Positions 35,908 to 45,562 of a stretch of DNA of 64,000 nt are shown here, piece by piece. Origin of the DNA: a virus; the IMG/VR virus record IMGVR_UViG_3300042542_004122, positions 1-64,000 of that record. The stretch is one strand, 5' to 3'. The translations under genes and the position numbers were made by a program. Each line of letters starts with the position of its first letter. Position 1 is the stretch's first letter. Under the pieces are notes generated by a model that saw only the letters and a list, made by a program, of their open reading frames with translations, made no database searches and was not told the origin of the DNA.

Positions 35908-37958
35908 AAAAAGTAATCATTACTTTACTAACAATCGCAATAGGTATCGGTATAAAGATATACGAGCCTAATATAGTAGAAATTTTAAAACTCAAAGGAT
36001 TTGATCAGTTATTAACTTTAAATGATACTAAAACTAGTGAAACAGCCGTAATAATAGAAATTGATGAGCCTACAATAGAGCAACAAGGTCAATGGCCTTG
36101 GCCAAGAGATTTAATAGCAGATGGTATTAAAAAAGCTGTAGATCATGGAGCTGAGATTGTAGTTCTATATCCGCTTTTTGCAGAAAAAGATAGATTTAAT
36201 AAAGATGAAATACTTAAAGAGGTTATAACAAATAGTAAGGTCATAGGAACGCAATCTGCTTCTTTAAAAGGGAAAGGAGATCTAGTAACTAGAGGTTTTG
36301 CTATCGTAGGAAATACAGAAGAACAATGGTTTTATAGGTATCAAAACGGAATAGGTAGTATTTCTGAAATATCTAAAACAGCTCAAGGTATGGGTATGAT
36401 TACTACAGTCCCAGAACTAGATGGAGTAACTAGAAAAATACCTTTAGTGTTAATGGTTGGTGATAAGTTCTATCCTTCTTTACCTTTAGAAATAGCAAGA
36501 GTAATACATGGGGCTAAAAATTATAGAGCAAAAGTTACTGAGGCGGGATTATCTAGCATATATATCAATAAGAATTTTTCCATAGAACCAGATAAGCGCG
36601 GAGAGTTATGGATAGATTGGTCTTGGACCTGGCCTATTAAAAGTTGGAAAGAGGAATCTTGGGGAGACTTGACAGGTAAAATAGCTATTTTAGCTATAAA
36701 CGTAGAGGGAATTACTAATACTATTGCAACCCCTGCAGGCACTAAACTAGGTCATGAAGTTAGTTTAGCTGCATGGGAAACTCTATGGAACGATAATAAA
36801 ATAACTAGACCTTATTGGGCAGATTTAACTGAGCTTTTATTTTTCTGTCTGTTGATAGCAGTCAGTGCTCTCGTTGCTGATAAAGGAAATAAATTACTCG
36901 TAGGAGTATGGGGAGTAGTTATACTACTAGTTCCATTTAGTATAAGTTACTACGTCTTTAATCAATATCAATATTTAACTGATTGGACATTTAGTTTAGT
37001 ATTTGGAACACTGTTCTATGGATATGTCGTGTATTCTAGATTTGTTAAAGAGTTTAAACTAAAGCAACAAATCAAGAAACAATTCCAATCTTATCTTTCA
37101 AAGGCTCTTGTGGAAAAACTCCAGAAGAATCCAGAGCTATTAAAGCTTGGCGGAGATAGCAGAGAGCTGTCAATCATGTTCACAGACGTTCGTGGGTTTA
37201 CCTCTATCAGCGAACACTATGGTGAGAATGTTCAAGGATTAACCCAAATCATGAATCGCTATATGACAGCGATGACTGCAAAAATTCTTGAGAATGAAGG
37301 AACGCTTGATAAGTATATTGGCGATGCACAGATGGCATTTTGGAATGCGCCGCTTGATGACAAGCAGCACGCCAAGAATGCAGTTAAAACAGCTTTAAGT
37401 ATGTTAGGAGATTTAGATGAATTCAACAGAAGTATTGCGGCTGAAGGCGTCCCTCCTTTCGGCATGGGCCTTGGTATCAATACCGGTATGGTTGTTGTTG
37501 GAAATATGGGCAGCGATCAACGTTTCGATTATACTTGCCTCGGTGATGCTGTCAATCTTGCTAGTCGTCTCGAAGGACAAAGCAAACCGTATGGAGTCAA
37601 ATTAGTCATTGGTTCAAAGACAGCAGAGTATGTTTCAGATGAATATTTTATATTAGAACTGGACACTATTGCGGTAAAAGGTAAAAAACAAGGAGTTAAT
37701 ATCTATACTGTTTTAGGCACTAATAAAGAGATAGATGATTTAGGTTTTTCTTATGCAAGAAAAGATCATAACGATATGTTAGATTATTATAGAAATAAAA
37801 ACTTCACTAGTGCTACCGTATTGTGCGAAAGATTAACGAAAGCATTTAAAGGCGATATGAAATCATACTACGAAATGATGATGGATCGTTGTCGTGAGTA
37901 TACAAAAACCCCGCCACCAGCTAACTGGGACGGGGTTTACAGAGCTACTAGTAAATAG
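35904..37958 (+). CDS. CHASE2-domain class III adenylate cyclase
   Basis: GQWPWPR, ELDGVTR, 3 TM segments, FTDVRGFT, DKYIGDA, GDAVNLASRLEG. Confidence 0.92.
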   Translation: MKKVIITLLTIAIGIGIKIYEPNIVEILKLKGFDQLLTLNDTKTSETAVIIEIDEPTIEQQGQWPWPRDLIADGIKKAVDHGAEIVVLYPLFAEKDRFNKDEILKEVITNSKVIGTQSASLKGKGDLVTRGFAIVGNTEEQWFYRYQNGIGSISEISKTAQGMGMITTVPELDGVTRKIPLVLMVGDKFYPSLPLEIARVIHGAKNYRAKVTEAGLSSIYINKNFSIEPDKRGELWIDWSWTWPIKSWKEESWGDLTGKIAILAINVEGITNTIATPAGTKLGHEVSLAAWETLWNDNKITRPYWADLTELLFFCLLIAVSALVADKGNKLLVGVWGVVILLVPFSISYYVFNQYQYLTDWTFSLVFGTLFYGYVVYSRFVKEFKLKQQIKKQFQSYLSKALVEKLQKNPELLKLGGDSRELSIMFTDVRGFTSISEHYGENVQGLTQIMNRYMTAMTAKILENEGTLDKYIGDAQMAFWNAPLDDKQHAKNAVKTALSMLGDLDEFNRSIAAEGVPPFGMGLGINTGMVVVGNMGSDQRFDYTCLGDAVNLASRLEGQSKPYGVKLVIGSKTAEYVSDEYFILELDTIAVKGKKQGVNIYTVLGTNKEIDDLGFSYARKDHNDMLDYYRNKNFTSATVLCERLTKAFKGDMKSYYEMMMDRCREYTKTPPPANWDGVYRATSK

Positions 37959-37963
37959 TAGAG

Positions 37964-38212
37964 TTATTTTTTCTTTGCAGTTCTAGCTTTTTTAGCTAAA
38001 TCAGCATCTGCTGTGTAATAAGTTTTACCTTTGGTAATAAAGCTATTAACTCTAGCATATGCCCATTGCTCTCTTGTAGCACCTGGACGGTGACCTGTTG
38101 CCCAAGCAGCAGCACCTCTACGATATACCTGCTCTAAAATACTTTTAGGTATTTTAGATTCTTTAGCTTTACCAGCTAAGCCTTTATCTTGTGGTTTATT
38201 TTTTAGCGCCAT
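37964..38212 (-). CDS. small basic protein (possibly DUF5824-like)
   Basis: VYRRGAAAW.TGHRPG...QWAYARVNSF. Confidence 0.7.
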   Translation of the reverse strand: MALKNKPQDKGLAGKAKESKIPKSILEQVYRRGAAAWATGHRPGATREQWAYARVNSFITKGKTYYTADADLAKKARTAKKK

Positions 38213-38438
38213 TTTTCTTACCGTAGCGTTTTTGATATGCCAAAGTATATTTACTTGGCTTAGTCTCAACGCCCTCATCTGTTTTAAAAGGTTGATAAGA
38301 GTAATTACCAGATCTAGCTTGCTCTCGTCTAGCAACTACTTCCTTAGCTCTCTCTTTTCTTGACTGACCTTTAAGGGATCCAAGATATCTTTTAATAACT
38401 CTTTTACCGTCTACAGTTTCAGCAGGAACTTTCTTCAT
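38196..38438 (-). CDS. small basic hypothetical protein
   Basis: ORF track. Confidence 0.65.
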   Translation of the reverse strand: MKKVPAETVDGKRVIKRYLGSLKGQSRKERAKEVVARREQARSGNYSYQPFKTDEGVETKPSKYTLAYQKRYGKKNGAKK

Positions 38439-38604
38439 TTTTTCTTCTTACGACGAACAGGTTTATAAGAACCTGTAAGAGTCTGTGCAGCCATATCTTT
38501 ATCGTAGGTAGCAATATTATATTTACTGACATTAGTTGTTGGAGTTATTTCGCCTACACCTAAACTTTTGTCTACCGAAGACATACGAGGTTTTTTTGTT
38601 TTTT

Positions 38605-38952
38605 TCATTTCTTTCTCGGATTACTTAGTTTAGAGCCACCAGATCCGGCCCATAACACTTTTCTAGCCCAATAGTTAGGAGAGAATTTATCGTCTTTAGT
38701 TAGTTGTCCGCTCTTATCTCTAATTCCTGCACTACGAGTTAGATAATTCTTTCTAGCATCTGGGCTGTAGTTATGTCCATAGCCTTTTTGACCAAAATGA
38801 ACTACTTTAACTTCATCCCCTTTTTTGGCTAATACCATACGTTTTTTATCTTCTTTAGTAGAAGAACGAGGTTTATTAAACCCAGGAAAGACGGTGCCTC
38901 TATATTCTATTTTACCGTCTCCAAGTCTTTTTACGTCTTTAGATGATGCCAT
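38605..38952 (-). CDS. small basic protein (possibly DUF5754-like)
   Basis: VHFGQKGY...SPNYWARKVLW. Confidence 0.65.
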   Translation of the reverse strand: MASSKDVKRLGDGKIEYRGTVFPGFNKPRSSTKEDKKRMVLAKKGDEVKVVHFGQKGYGHNYSPDARKNYLTRSAGIRDKSGQLTKDDKFSPNYWARKVLWAGSGGSKLSNPRKK

Positions 38953-39110
38953 TTTATCCTCCGGGGATTTATAGCTATAATAGCTTTTTATTACTAGAAT
39001 TGTCTACTGTAAAAATATAAGATACTGTATTGGAACTAACTGATGATGCAGTAGGAAAAGTATTGCTGACATGAGCTAGATTATTTTTTAGTATAGTTTC
39101 TATAGAATAT

Positions 39111-39323
39111 TTACCCATTTCTATAAATTATTCTACCTCTATGTAAGTCGTAAGGACTTACTTCTACCTTCACGCTATCCCCTACAGATATTCTGATATT
39201 GTTCTTTCTAATTTTTCCATTAACGTAAGCTAGTAAGATATTCCCATTTACTTCTACTTTAAAATTTGCATTAGGTAATGCTTCTAGCACTTTACCGTCT
39301 ATTTCTATTAATTCTTTAGACAT
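39111..39323 (-). CDS. infA: translation initiation factor IF-1
   Basis: [38 protein letters not shown]. Confidence 0.93.
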   Translation of the reverse strand: MSKELIEIDGKVLEALPNANFKVEVNGNILLAYVNGKIRKNNIRISVGDSVKVEVSPYDLHRGRIIYRNG

Positions 39324-39492
39324 ATTTATTGTATATACTTTTAAAAGTCTCCCATTGTTTTTGGCTGAGCTGTGGATATTTACTTTGATAAACTACAAGA
39401 CTTTTAATAAATGCTCTTTGAGGATCAGTTAAAGGTTTTTGTAGTAATTCTTCTTGTTGTTGTTTAGATATTCTACGAGTTTTCATTAGTCT

Positions 39493-40236
39493 TTATAAAC
39501 TAACCTGTAATTTTTCGTATTGATTAATTCTATATTTTAACTCAGGGATGAAAGGTAAAGTTTGTGATTCAAATACTTGAACATCTGCGTTTTCCACAGT
39601 AATTAAAACAACTATTTTTTGTAAGTTTGTTTTAAAAATTTCATTGTGAGCGTAAGCATATGCTGTGCACTGTATAAAATAATCTTTAATATCTTTTATC
39701 TGTTTTTTCTTTTTAGATGTTTTAAAGTCTATTACTGCCGGAATTTTATTCCACTCTCCAAACATATCAACTCGTCCAGCATATCTCAAATGCTTAGACC
39801 AAACAGGTATTTCTTGTGCCCAAACATTAGTTACGCCTTTTTGTGTAGCCTGTATGAGATTAGTAATCATTTTCTGAGTAGTAATTTCTTCATTTAAAAT
39901 ATCAGTTGCCCAAGAGTTAGATCCATCCCAATATCTTTCTAGATATTTGTGCACTATCTCTCCACGATCCGTAGCAGCTTTAGATACACGCGCTGCCTCT
40001 TCTTCTCCTACTTTATCTTTCCAGCGTTGCAACCAGATATTATTAGCCGTTTTTCCTAAAATAGTAGTGACGCTAGGAAAACTACCATCAGGTGTTTTAT
40101 ATAGCCTGCCTTTTTCGGTAGTTTCTGCTGTTACCTCTTTGCATACGGAATAATCAAAATTTGTCAATTTGGTTACCAAACACGTCCCATCCAGGTCTTT
40201 GCGTTCTTGCAAACATTTCCAGATATGGGCCATCAA
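39493..40236 (-). CDS. PD-(D/E)XK (Cas4-like) exonuclease; true start probably near 40166
   Basis: PSVTTIL, RG..VH, AGRVD, IDFKTS, Q..AY. Confidence 0.85.
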   Translation of the reverse strand: MMAHIWKCLQERKDLDGTCLVTKLTNFDYSVCKEVTAETTEKGRLYKTPDGSFPSVTTILGKTANNIWLQRWKDKVGEEEAARVSKAATDRGEIVHKYLERYWDGSNSWATDILNEEITTQKMITNLIQATQKGVTNVWAQEIPVWSKHLRYAGRVDMFGEWNKIPAVIDFKTSKKKKQIKDIKDYFIQCTAYAYAHNEIFKTNLQKIVVLITVENADVQVFESQTLPFIPELKYRINQYEKLQVSL

Positions 40237-40753
40237 ATAGTCTTTCTATTCTGTCATAGGCTTCGTCAGGTTTTCTACTATGCTCACGTTGTTGAGATAT
40301 GATTACTTGTCTAACACCTTTATCTTTACGCTCTAAAGTTTTACCTCGTCTACCGAGTAGACATAGCTCTGCGTTAGCTCTAGTGTAATATCCTAGATTC
40401 ATGCGTATATCTTTATCTACATCTAAGGCTTTAAGATTGGCTGTTTTATTAGTTTTTACCCAAGTAAATGCACAGGTTTTATATTCAAATCCCCACGCTT
40501 TCATTACTTCGAAACTTTTGTCCAAGATAGGAAAAGTTACCCACATAAATAAGATTGAGTTAGGAGCCGCAATCTTCTTAATCGGTAAATTTTTAATATC
40601 TTCCAAAGTCATAACCTTATAATCTGGACTTCTATCTCCACCAGCTTCTGAGTAGGTTTCAAATGTCCAAGGTGGATCGGCGTAAATAACCGAATACCGT
40701 TTATCTGTATTAAATATGTCTATATTCACTATTACCTCAAAGACATTAACCAT
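40154..40753 (-). CDS. MT-A70 family N6-adenine methyltransferase (likely GTG start at 40729)
   Basis: IYADPPW, FTWVK, HSRKP, EMFAR. Confidence 0.9.
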   Translation of the reverse strand: MVNVFEVIVNIDIFNTDKRYSVIYADPPWTFETYSEAGGDRSPDYKVMTLEDIKNLPIKKIAAPNSILFMWVTFPILDKSFEVMKAWGFEYKTCAFTWVKTNKTANLKALDVDKDIRMNLGYYTRANAELCLLGRRGKTLERKDKGVRQVIISQQREHSRKPDEAYDRIERLFDGPYLEMFARTQRPGWDVFGNQIDKF

Positions 40754-40786
40754 AGGACTATAAATCCCATGGCTAATATTATTATA

Positions 40787-41056
40787 CTAATCATCTTCAT
40801 CTACCATCTCACTACCAGATAGCATCATATGTTTCACTGATTCAATGCCACCTATAGCCAAGATAATATCAAATTCTCCTGCTATTATGGAAAATATTTT
40901 ATTATCAGATCCCATACCCACAGCAACTATACCGGATAATTTACCTTGGTCTATAAGGTTATGTATCTCGCCTACAATTTTTAGCATCATTTCTTTGGGA
41001 GATGTGGTTCCGTCTTTTTTACTTTTTAGGTCTTGAAAATTAATAATATTATCCAT
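40787..41056 (-). CDS. hypothetical protein
   Basis: ORF track. Confidence 0.65.
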   Translation of the reverse strand: MDNIINFQDLKSKKDGTTSPKEMMLKIVGEIHNLIDQGKLSGIVAVGMGSDNKIFSIIAGEFDIILAIGGIESVKHMMLSGSEMVDEDD

Positions 41057-41489
41057 TATAACAACACTCGCTTGCTAAAGTATCTACTTCTTCATTTTCT
41101 GGTATGCCAGAATGGGCAGGAACCCATTTCCATTCTATAGATATATGAGAAGATAGAAGATCTAGCTCTTTCCAAAGGTCTTGATTTTTTACAGGCTTAC
41201 GGTTAGCAGTTTTCCAACCATTCTTTTTCCAAGAGTGAATCCACTCTGTTATACCCTTTTTAAGGTATTGGCTATCAGTATTAACCTCTATAGTATCTAT
41301 TTCGAGTGTTACGTTTTTAATACCTTCTATAGCTGCTCGTAGTTCCATCCTATTATTTGTAGTATTAGACTCGCGACCTATTACTATCTTAGGATCTTTA
41401 TCCAAGTAGTAAATTTTAGCCGCAAACCCTCCAGGACCGGGGTTACCTTTACAGGCTCCGTCACAAAATATTATAGCTCTATTAGTCAT
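41049..41489 (-). CDS. rnhA: ribonuclease HI
   Basis: DGACKGNPGPGG, TTNNRMEL, TDSQY, KNQDLW. Confidence 0.93.
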   Translation of the reverse strand: MTNRAIIFCDGACKGNPGPGGFAAKIYYLDKDPKIVIGRESNTTNNRMELRAAIEGIKNVTLEIDTIEVNTDSQYLKKGITEWIHSWKKNGWKTANRKPVKNQDLWKELDLLSSHISIEWKWVPAHSGIPENEEVDTLASECCYNG

Positions 41490-41576
41490 CAAAGATACTC
41501 CAAACGGCGTGAGATACTGCAGCAAAAAGCCCAATTAAGAATGCTAAAAAAGCAATAGAGAAAATTAATCCTAATA

Positions 41577-42140
41577 CTAGTTCCATGCTATTTTAATCTC
41601 GGCTTTCCATGCAGGTAGATAATCAACCCAGGAAGGGTGATATACAGTAACAGGAAATAATTTTCTTAGCTCTATCAACTGTTCGTGAGTAGGATGCCAA
41701 GGTTTTGTATTTGGTTTCCACTTACCTACAGGCAGATGATCTGATTTAAGATAGTTACAAGTTGGACACGCTGCAACTACATTTAGCCAATCGTCTTTGC
41801 CGCCTTTTGACAGAGGCATAACGTGGTCTCTAGTAACAGTTTCCATTGAAAGTTTAGTATTGCAGTAAGCACAATGACCCCGGTCTCTATAAAGCAAAGA
41901 GCTTTTAGTTAGCACAGGTTTTTGCGTCCTTTTAACATATTCTTTGCGAATAATTATAGAAGGCCAATTTAACTTGATGTTTGGATTTGGAGTCTTAATA
42001 GGAGTGCCATAATCAGATACTACCGAACAGGTATCGGCAAAAAGTCTTATAACCGCCTGTTTAGCACTAATTACGTGAAGTGGTAGTACACTTATAGGAG
42101 TGTAGTCCGCATTAAGAACTAATGTTTTGAATTCTGTCAT
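41577..42140 (-). CDS. HNH endonuclease
   Basis: LVLNADY, RD...CAYC, DHVMP, NVVAACPTCN. Confidence 0.9.
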   Translation of the reverse strand: MTEFKTLVLNADYTPISVLPLHVISAKQAVIRLFADTCSVVSDYGTPIKTPNPNIKLNWPSIIIRKEYVKRTQKPVLTKSSLLYRDRGHCAYCNTKLSMETVTRDHVMPLSKGGKDDWLNVVAACPTCNYLKSDHLPVGKWKPNTKPWHPTHEQLIELRKLFPVTVYHPSWVDYLPAWKAEIKIAWN

Positions 42141-42177
42141 TTTTTCTATCTTATACTATTTTAGAGTATGGGTCAAA

Positions 42178-42208
42178 TAAAAACAGAGGGAGATTACTCT
42201 CCCTCTGT
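42178..42208 (-). terminator. intrinsic terminator after hsp20
   Basis: ACAGAGGGAG/CTCCCTCTGT plus T-tract. Confidence 0.75.
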
Positions 42209-42253
42209 CGTTAACCGAGCCAGTCCAGCTCTTCTTCTGTGTATGGCCACATT

Positions 42254-42646
42254 TTACTTAATTGGAAGCTTGGTTACTTTCTCTGGATTACGAGAGAAGG
42301 TAATCTTTAGCATACCATCCTTAAGCGTGACTTCATCAACTAGAAATACTGGTGAAATTGGGAATACTGTCTTAAAGGCCTTTTTAGTTAGCCCCTGATG
42401 GACCCAACGTAGGGAATTTTCTGGATAAGCTGAAGAAGGCTGAGCTTCTACAGTTAGCCTACCGTCTACGTATTCAACTGATAGGTCATCTTTGTTATAT
42501 CCAGCAACTGCCATCTCTAAGATGTAGTTACCAGTCTTATCTTCCTTATATAGATTATAAGGTAAGAAGGTTTTGGCCGAAGCTAGGTAGTCAAGCTGAC
42601 CAAAAAGTGCGTCTTCAATTTGACGAATAATATCAAGTGTAGTCAT
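42254..42646 (-). CDS. small heat-shock protein (IbpA/Hsp20)
   Basis: PYNL, EMAVAGY, LKDGMLKI. Confidence 0.9.
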   Translation of the reverse strand: MTTLDIIRQIEDALFGQLDYLASAKTFLPYNLYKEDKTGNYILEMAVAGYNKDDLSVEYVDGRLTVEAQPSSAYPENSLRWVHQGLTKKAFKTVFPISPVFLVDEVTLKDGMLKITFSRNPEKVTKLPIK

Positions 42647-42654
42647 GTTTTTTT

Positions 42655-42700
42655 ATCTCCTTAAAAGCAAGATTTTATACGTCCCAAATGGCAACGTATA
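42655..42700 (-). promoter_or_regulatory. ROSE-like RNA thermometer
   Basis: AUCUUGCU-UUUA-AGGAGAU hairpin with a bulged G opposite the SD, preceded by a second hairpin. Confidence 0.65.
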
Positions 42701-42742
42701 GATATATGTTAAGCTATCTTATGGGTAACTAGCAAATAAAAA

Positions 42743-43015
42743 TTATTCGCAAAGTTCTACAAGAGACAAGATAGCTTCGTTTTTCTCTTCTAGCTCATCT
42801 TTGTTACGCTTAAATACCGCAACAGCAGTTGCACGAGTAAGACCTGACGCAAGTCCATACTCTGTCTTGAGATACGACTGTATATCTTTGATTACATCTC
42901 TAGATGATTCAATGAGCACTAGCTGATCTACTATCTGGTTAATCTTAACCTTAAAGTCTTGTGGATCAAGGGCCTTAGGTTCTGGCTTCTTTTTCTTTTC
43001 TGTATTCTCAGTCAT
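42743..43015 (-). CDS. T4 DsbA-like dsDNA-binding protein (tentative)
   Basis: Helical pattern IKDI...K.EYGL. Confidence 0.5.
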   Translation of the reverse strand: MTENTEKKKKPEPKALDPQDFKVKINQIVDQLVLIESSRDVIKDIQSYLKTEYGLASGLTRATAVAVFKRNKDELEEKNEAILSLVELCE

Positions 43016-43358
43016 TTTTTATAATTTTAAATCCTTTTCTTGTTTCTTTAGGCGGACGTCTGATTACTCGCTCCGCTTCTAGCTTGGTTAGGATAGTATT
43101 AAATACTATCTTAGCATTTTGTAAAGGCTCAACATCTCTAACGTCGTGTAAGGCCTTTATGACCATATGTTGAGCTGTAGTGATATTTGCACTACCAATT
43201 TTACTTAGCCCATCTTCTCTTGGAGAAACTAGTTCCCAAGTAAAACACTCATAGATAGCTTGCCCGTCGTTTTCAATTACATCAACAGGTTCTGATATCA
43301 GAAGCTCTTTGACAAGAGGTAGTAGCTTATCTATTATTGTTGAATGGCTGGAGACCAC
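43008..43358 (-). CDS. hypothetical protein
   Basis: ORF track. Confidence 0.65.
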   Translation of the reverse strand: MVSSHSTIIDKLLPLVKELLISEPVDVIENDGQAIYECFTWELVSPREDGLSKIGSANITTAQHMVIKALHDVRDVEPLQNAKIVFNTILTKLEAERVIRRPPKETRKGFKIIKND

Positions 43359-44167
43359 CAGGTTGTTCTTCCATCATCCAGATTGATTTTTTCTACTGGA
43401 TTTCCGTATGGGTCTTGTTTTTGGCTATAGACCATAACTCCTAGTCTAGCTTTCATCATCTCATCTGGCTTACTAGGAAATTGGATGTATGTGCCATGAT
43501 TAGCGTATAGATCGCTATAGTTTCGTATGGTAGCGCCGCCCATCTCATAACTATTTCTGAGCACTTGTTTGACACTGTGATACAATCTTGAAAGTTCATC
43601 TTCGTTACAGTCCTTTACTTTTTTAGATGGATTAAGTTTTGCTAAAAATAGGCTTTCGCTTTTATAGATATTACCTACTCCGGCAATGGCTTTTTGTTCC
43701 ATTAGGAAGCTAACTAATGTCTTAGCTTGATTTCTTTTACATATTTCTAGCCATATAGATAAACTAGGAGGATTATTTAACATATCTGGCCCTAGTTCTT
43801 GTAACTTCTTATTCAGTTCTTTTTCTGAAAAGATTATTTTGAGAGTACCAAAATTACGCATATCGCAATAGAATACGCTAGTACCATCACTGAAATTGAA
43901 TCTAACTCGAGCATATTTATTTGGCTCCGTTTTATAGCTACCAGTCATGCCTAAAGTAGAAAATATCCAGCTAGATTCTAGTGTCCACCAGATAAATTTA
44001 CCGTGACATTGAACTGATTTAACCTGCTCAGATTTAAACTTATCTAAACCTACAATAGGAGATTTAGTGTATCTACCTGATACAGGGCTAATTATTTCTA
44101 AAGTTTTTCTTTGAACTACAGAATTAAGTTGTGTAGTTACATGAAGTACTTCAGGACCTTCTGGCAC
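43334..44167 (-). CDS. Fpg/Nei-family DNA glycosylase
   Basis: N-terminal PEGPEV, GKF, LGMTG, AGVGNIYKSE, GRTTWW. Confidence 0.92.
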   Translation of the reverse strand: MPEGPEVLHVTTQLNSVVQRKTLEIISPVSGRYTKSPIVGLDKFKSEQVKSVQCHGKFIWWTLESSWIFSTLGMTGSYKTEPNKYARVRFNFSDGTSVFYCDMRNFGTLKIIFSEKELNKKLQELGPDMLNNPPSLSIWLEICKRNQAKTLVSFLMEQKAIAGVGNIYKSESLFLAKLNPSKKVKDCNEDELSRLYHSVKQVLRNSYEMGGATIRNYSDLYANHGTYIQFPSKPDEMMKARLGVMVYSQKQDPYGNPVEKINLDDGRTTWWSPAIQQ

Positions 44168-44444
44168 TTTTTTTACCTTTCTTTTTATTTAAAAGATCTA
44201 CTTTATGTTTAGCGTAATCTAATTCGCTTAGAGTTTGACAGATTGCATTAACTGTCTTTAAAAACTCTATGTAGTTAATACCAGAATCCTGATGAAAAGC
44301 TATAGTCATAAAATGAGTTTGAGTATAGTAATCTTTTCTTTTATAGAAATGAACAAATCCATTGTCATCTCTAATCCAAGTATATCTACTATCTACGTGT
44401 TTTACATCAGAAGCAATCTTATCGAAGTTATAAGGCTCAGTCAT
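44151..44444 (-). CDS. hypothetical protein
   Basis: ORF track. Confidence 0.6.
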   Translation of the reverse strand: MTEPYNFDKIASDVKHVDSRYTWIRDDNGFVHFYKRKDYYTQTHFMTIAFHQDSGINYIEFLKTVNAICQTLSELDYAKHKVDLLNKKKGKKSARRS

Positions 44445-44492
44445 TTTTTTCTACTGAGTAATTTATAGCTGAAAATTAACCATTTTACCAGT

Positions 44493-44813
44493 TCAATTTA
44501 CTGGATTCTGGAGCGCAAGATATTCACTAAGAGACAATTCAAAATTAAGAGGCTGCGGTCTAGTTGGTACTACATCTACACCCCAGAAATCTTCTTGATA
44601 CTCTTTGTTGTAATAATAGCTACTTTCAATAGAATTAAGTGTATCGCAAGCGCGTTTAACTGCTCTATTATAATTTGCTACATCAATAGGATTAACAGCC
44701 CTTGAACGAGCGCTATCAAACCATTTCATAGCCTCATTAGGATTCCAACGGCACATATTAGCTGCATCATTAACTAGACGAGCAAATGGCATATCAAGTC
44801 CGATAATTCTCAT
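44493..44813 (-). CDS. hypothetical protein
   Basis: ORF track. Confidence 0.6.
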   Translation of the reverse strand: MRIIGLDMPFARLVNDAANMCRWNPNEAMKWFDSARSRAVNPIDVANYNRAVKRACDTLNSIESSYYYNKEYQEDFWGVDVVPTRPQPLNFELSLSEYLALQNPVN

Positions 44814-45013
44814 TATTTAGTTTCCTTCATTTTCTTTAAGAGTTTTTGTTCTTTTTTCTTTAGATAGTCCATATATACCCTTTTAATAAACAGGGCTCCA
44901 ACAAACTCTCCAGACTGTTGTTTAATAAGTTCATACTCATCTAATACTTGAGTTTGACCGTGAACATCGGCCATAGTTTTAAAAAATTGTTTACCTTCTG
45001 TATAATAGCTCAT
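44813..45013 (-). CDS. hypothetical protein
   Basis: ORF track, after a promoter. Confidence 0.6.
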   Translation of the reverse strand: MSYYTEGKQFFKTMADVHGQTQVLDEYELIKQQSGEFVGALFIKRVYMDYLKKKEQKLLKKMKETK

Positions 45014-45019
45014 TCTATT

Positions 45020-45115
45020 ATTATAGAGTGTTTTTTAGTCTTTAGCAATAAAAAAATAAGAGATAATGGTCAAATAAAGAAATTATTTGACATTTTAAAC
45101 TATTATGTTATAGTA
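45020..45115. promoter_or_regulatory. divergent promoter pair at the strand switch
   Basis: Minus-strand TTGCTA-17-TATAAT (45020-45048); plus-strand TTGACA...TATAGT (about 45087-45114). Confidence 0.7.
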
Positions 45116-45286
45116 ATTTAATGTATGCAACCCCTCAGGAACTAAAAGCCCAGGTTAGGGATCTTAGGTCAGAAATCATAGCCGTATCTAAAGAGTTAGG
45201 CGGAGAGATTCAATACTTAAATCATCGTATTAATGAACTCCATTCTATAATAGAAGCCCAGGCGGAGGCAATTAGGAAATTGAATA

Positions 45287-45562
45287 ATGTATAATAAGTT
45301 GTACGGATTCTATCACAACGATACTCTTTTAGAGTATTTGAATGCTAGATTCAGCGAGTTATCTGCTGTTACAAAAAATCTTGAGTATATTACCTTAGAT
45401 GAAACATCTGATAAAGCTCAACTATGGGGTGTTAACGTATTTCCTACGATAATACTTAGTAAGCATGATCTTATGGGACCAATTTTACAAGGCGCATACC
45501 CAGGACATACATTATTACAGTGGTTGCAAAAGTATAACGTAGAAGTGAGTAAAGATAATTAA
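45287..45562 (+). CDS. thioredoxin-fold protein without CxxC
   Basis: WGVNVFPTII cis-Pro loop. Confidence 0.5.
   Translation: MYNKLYGFYHNDTLLEYLNARFSELSAVTKNLEYITLDETSDKAQLWGVNVFPTIILSKHDLMGPILQGAYPGHTLLQWLQKYNVEVSKDN

Noticed and set aside
40154-41056. Amber-readthrough fusion of the 40787-41056 ORF to the MT-A70 methylase (in frame across TAG)
   Set aside because: The methylase has its own SD and GTG start at 40729; an in-frame arrangement has a 1-in-3 chance and nothing else supports it.
41577-42140. Intron-encoded or mobile homing HNH
   Set aside because: Free-standing gene with no interrupted host gene or intron structure around it.
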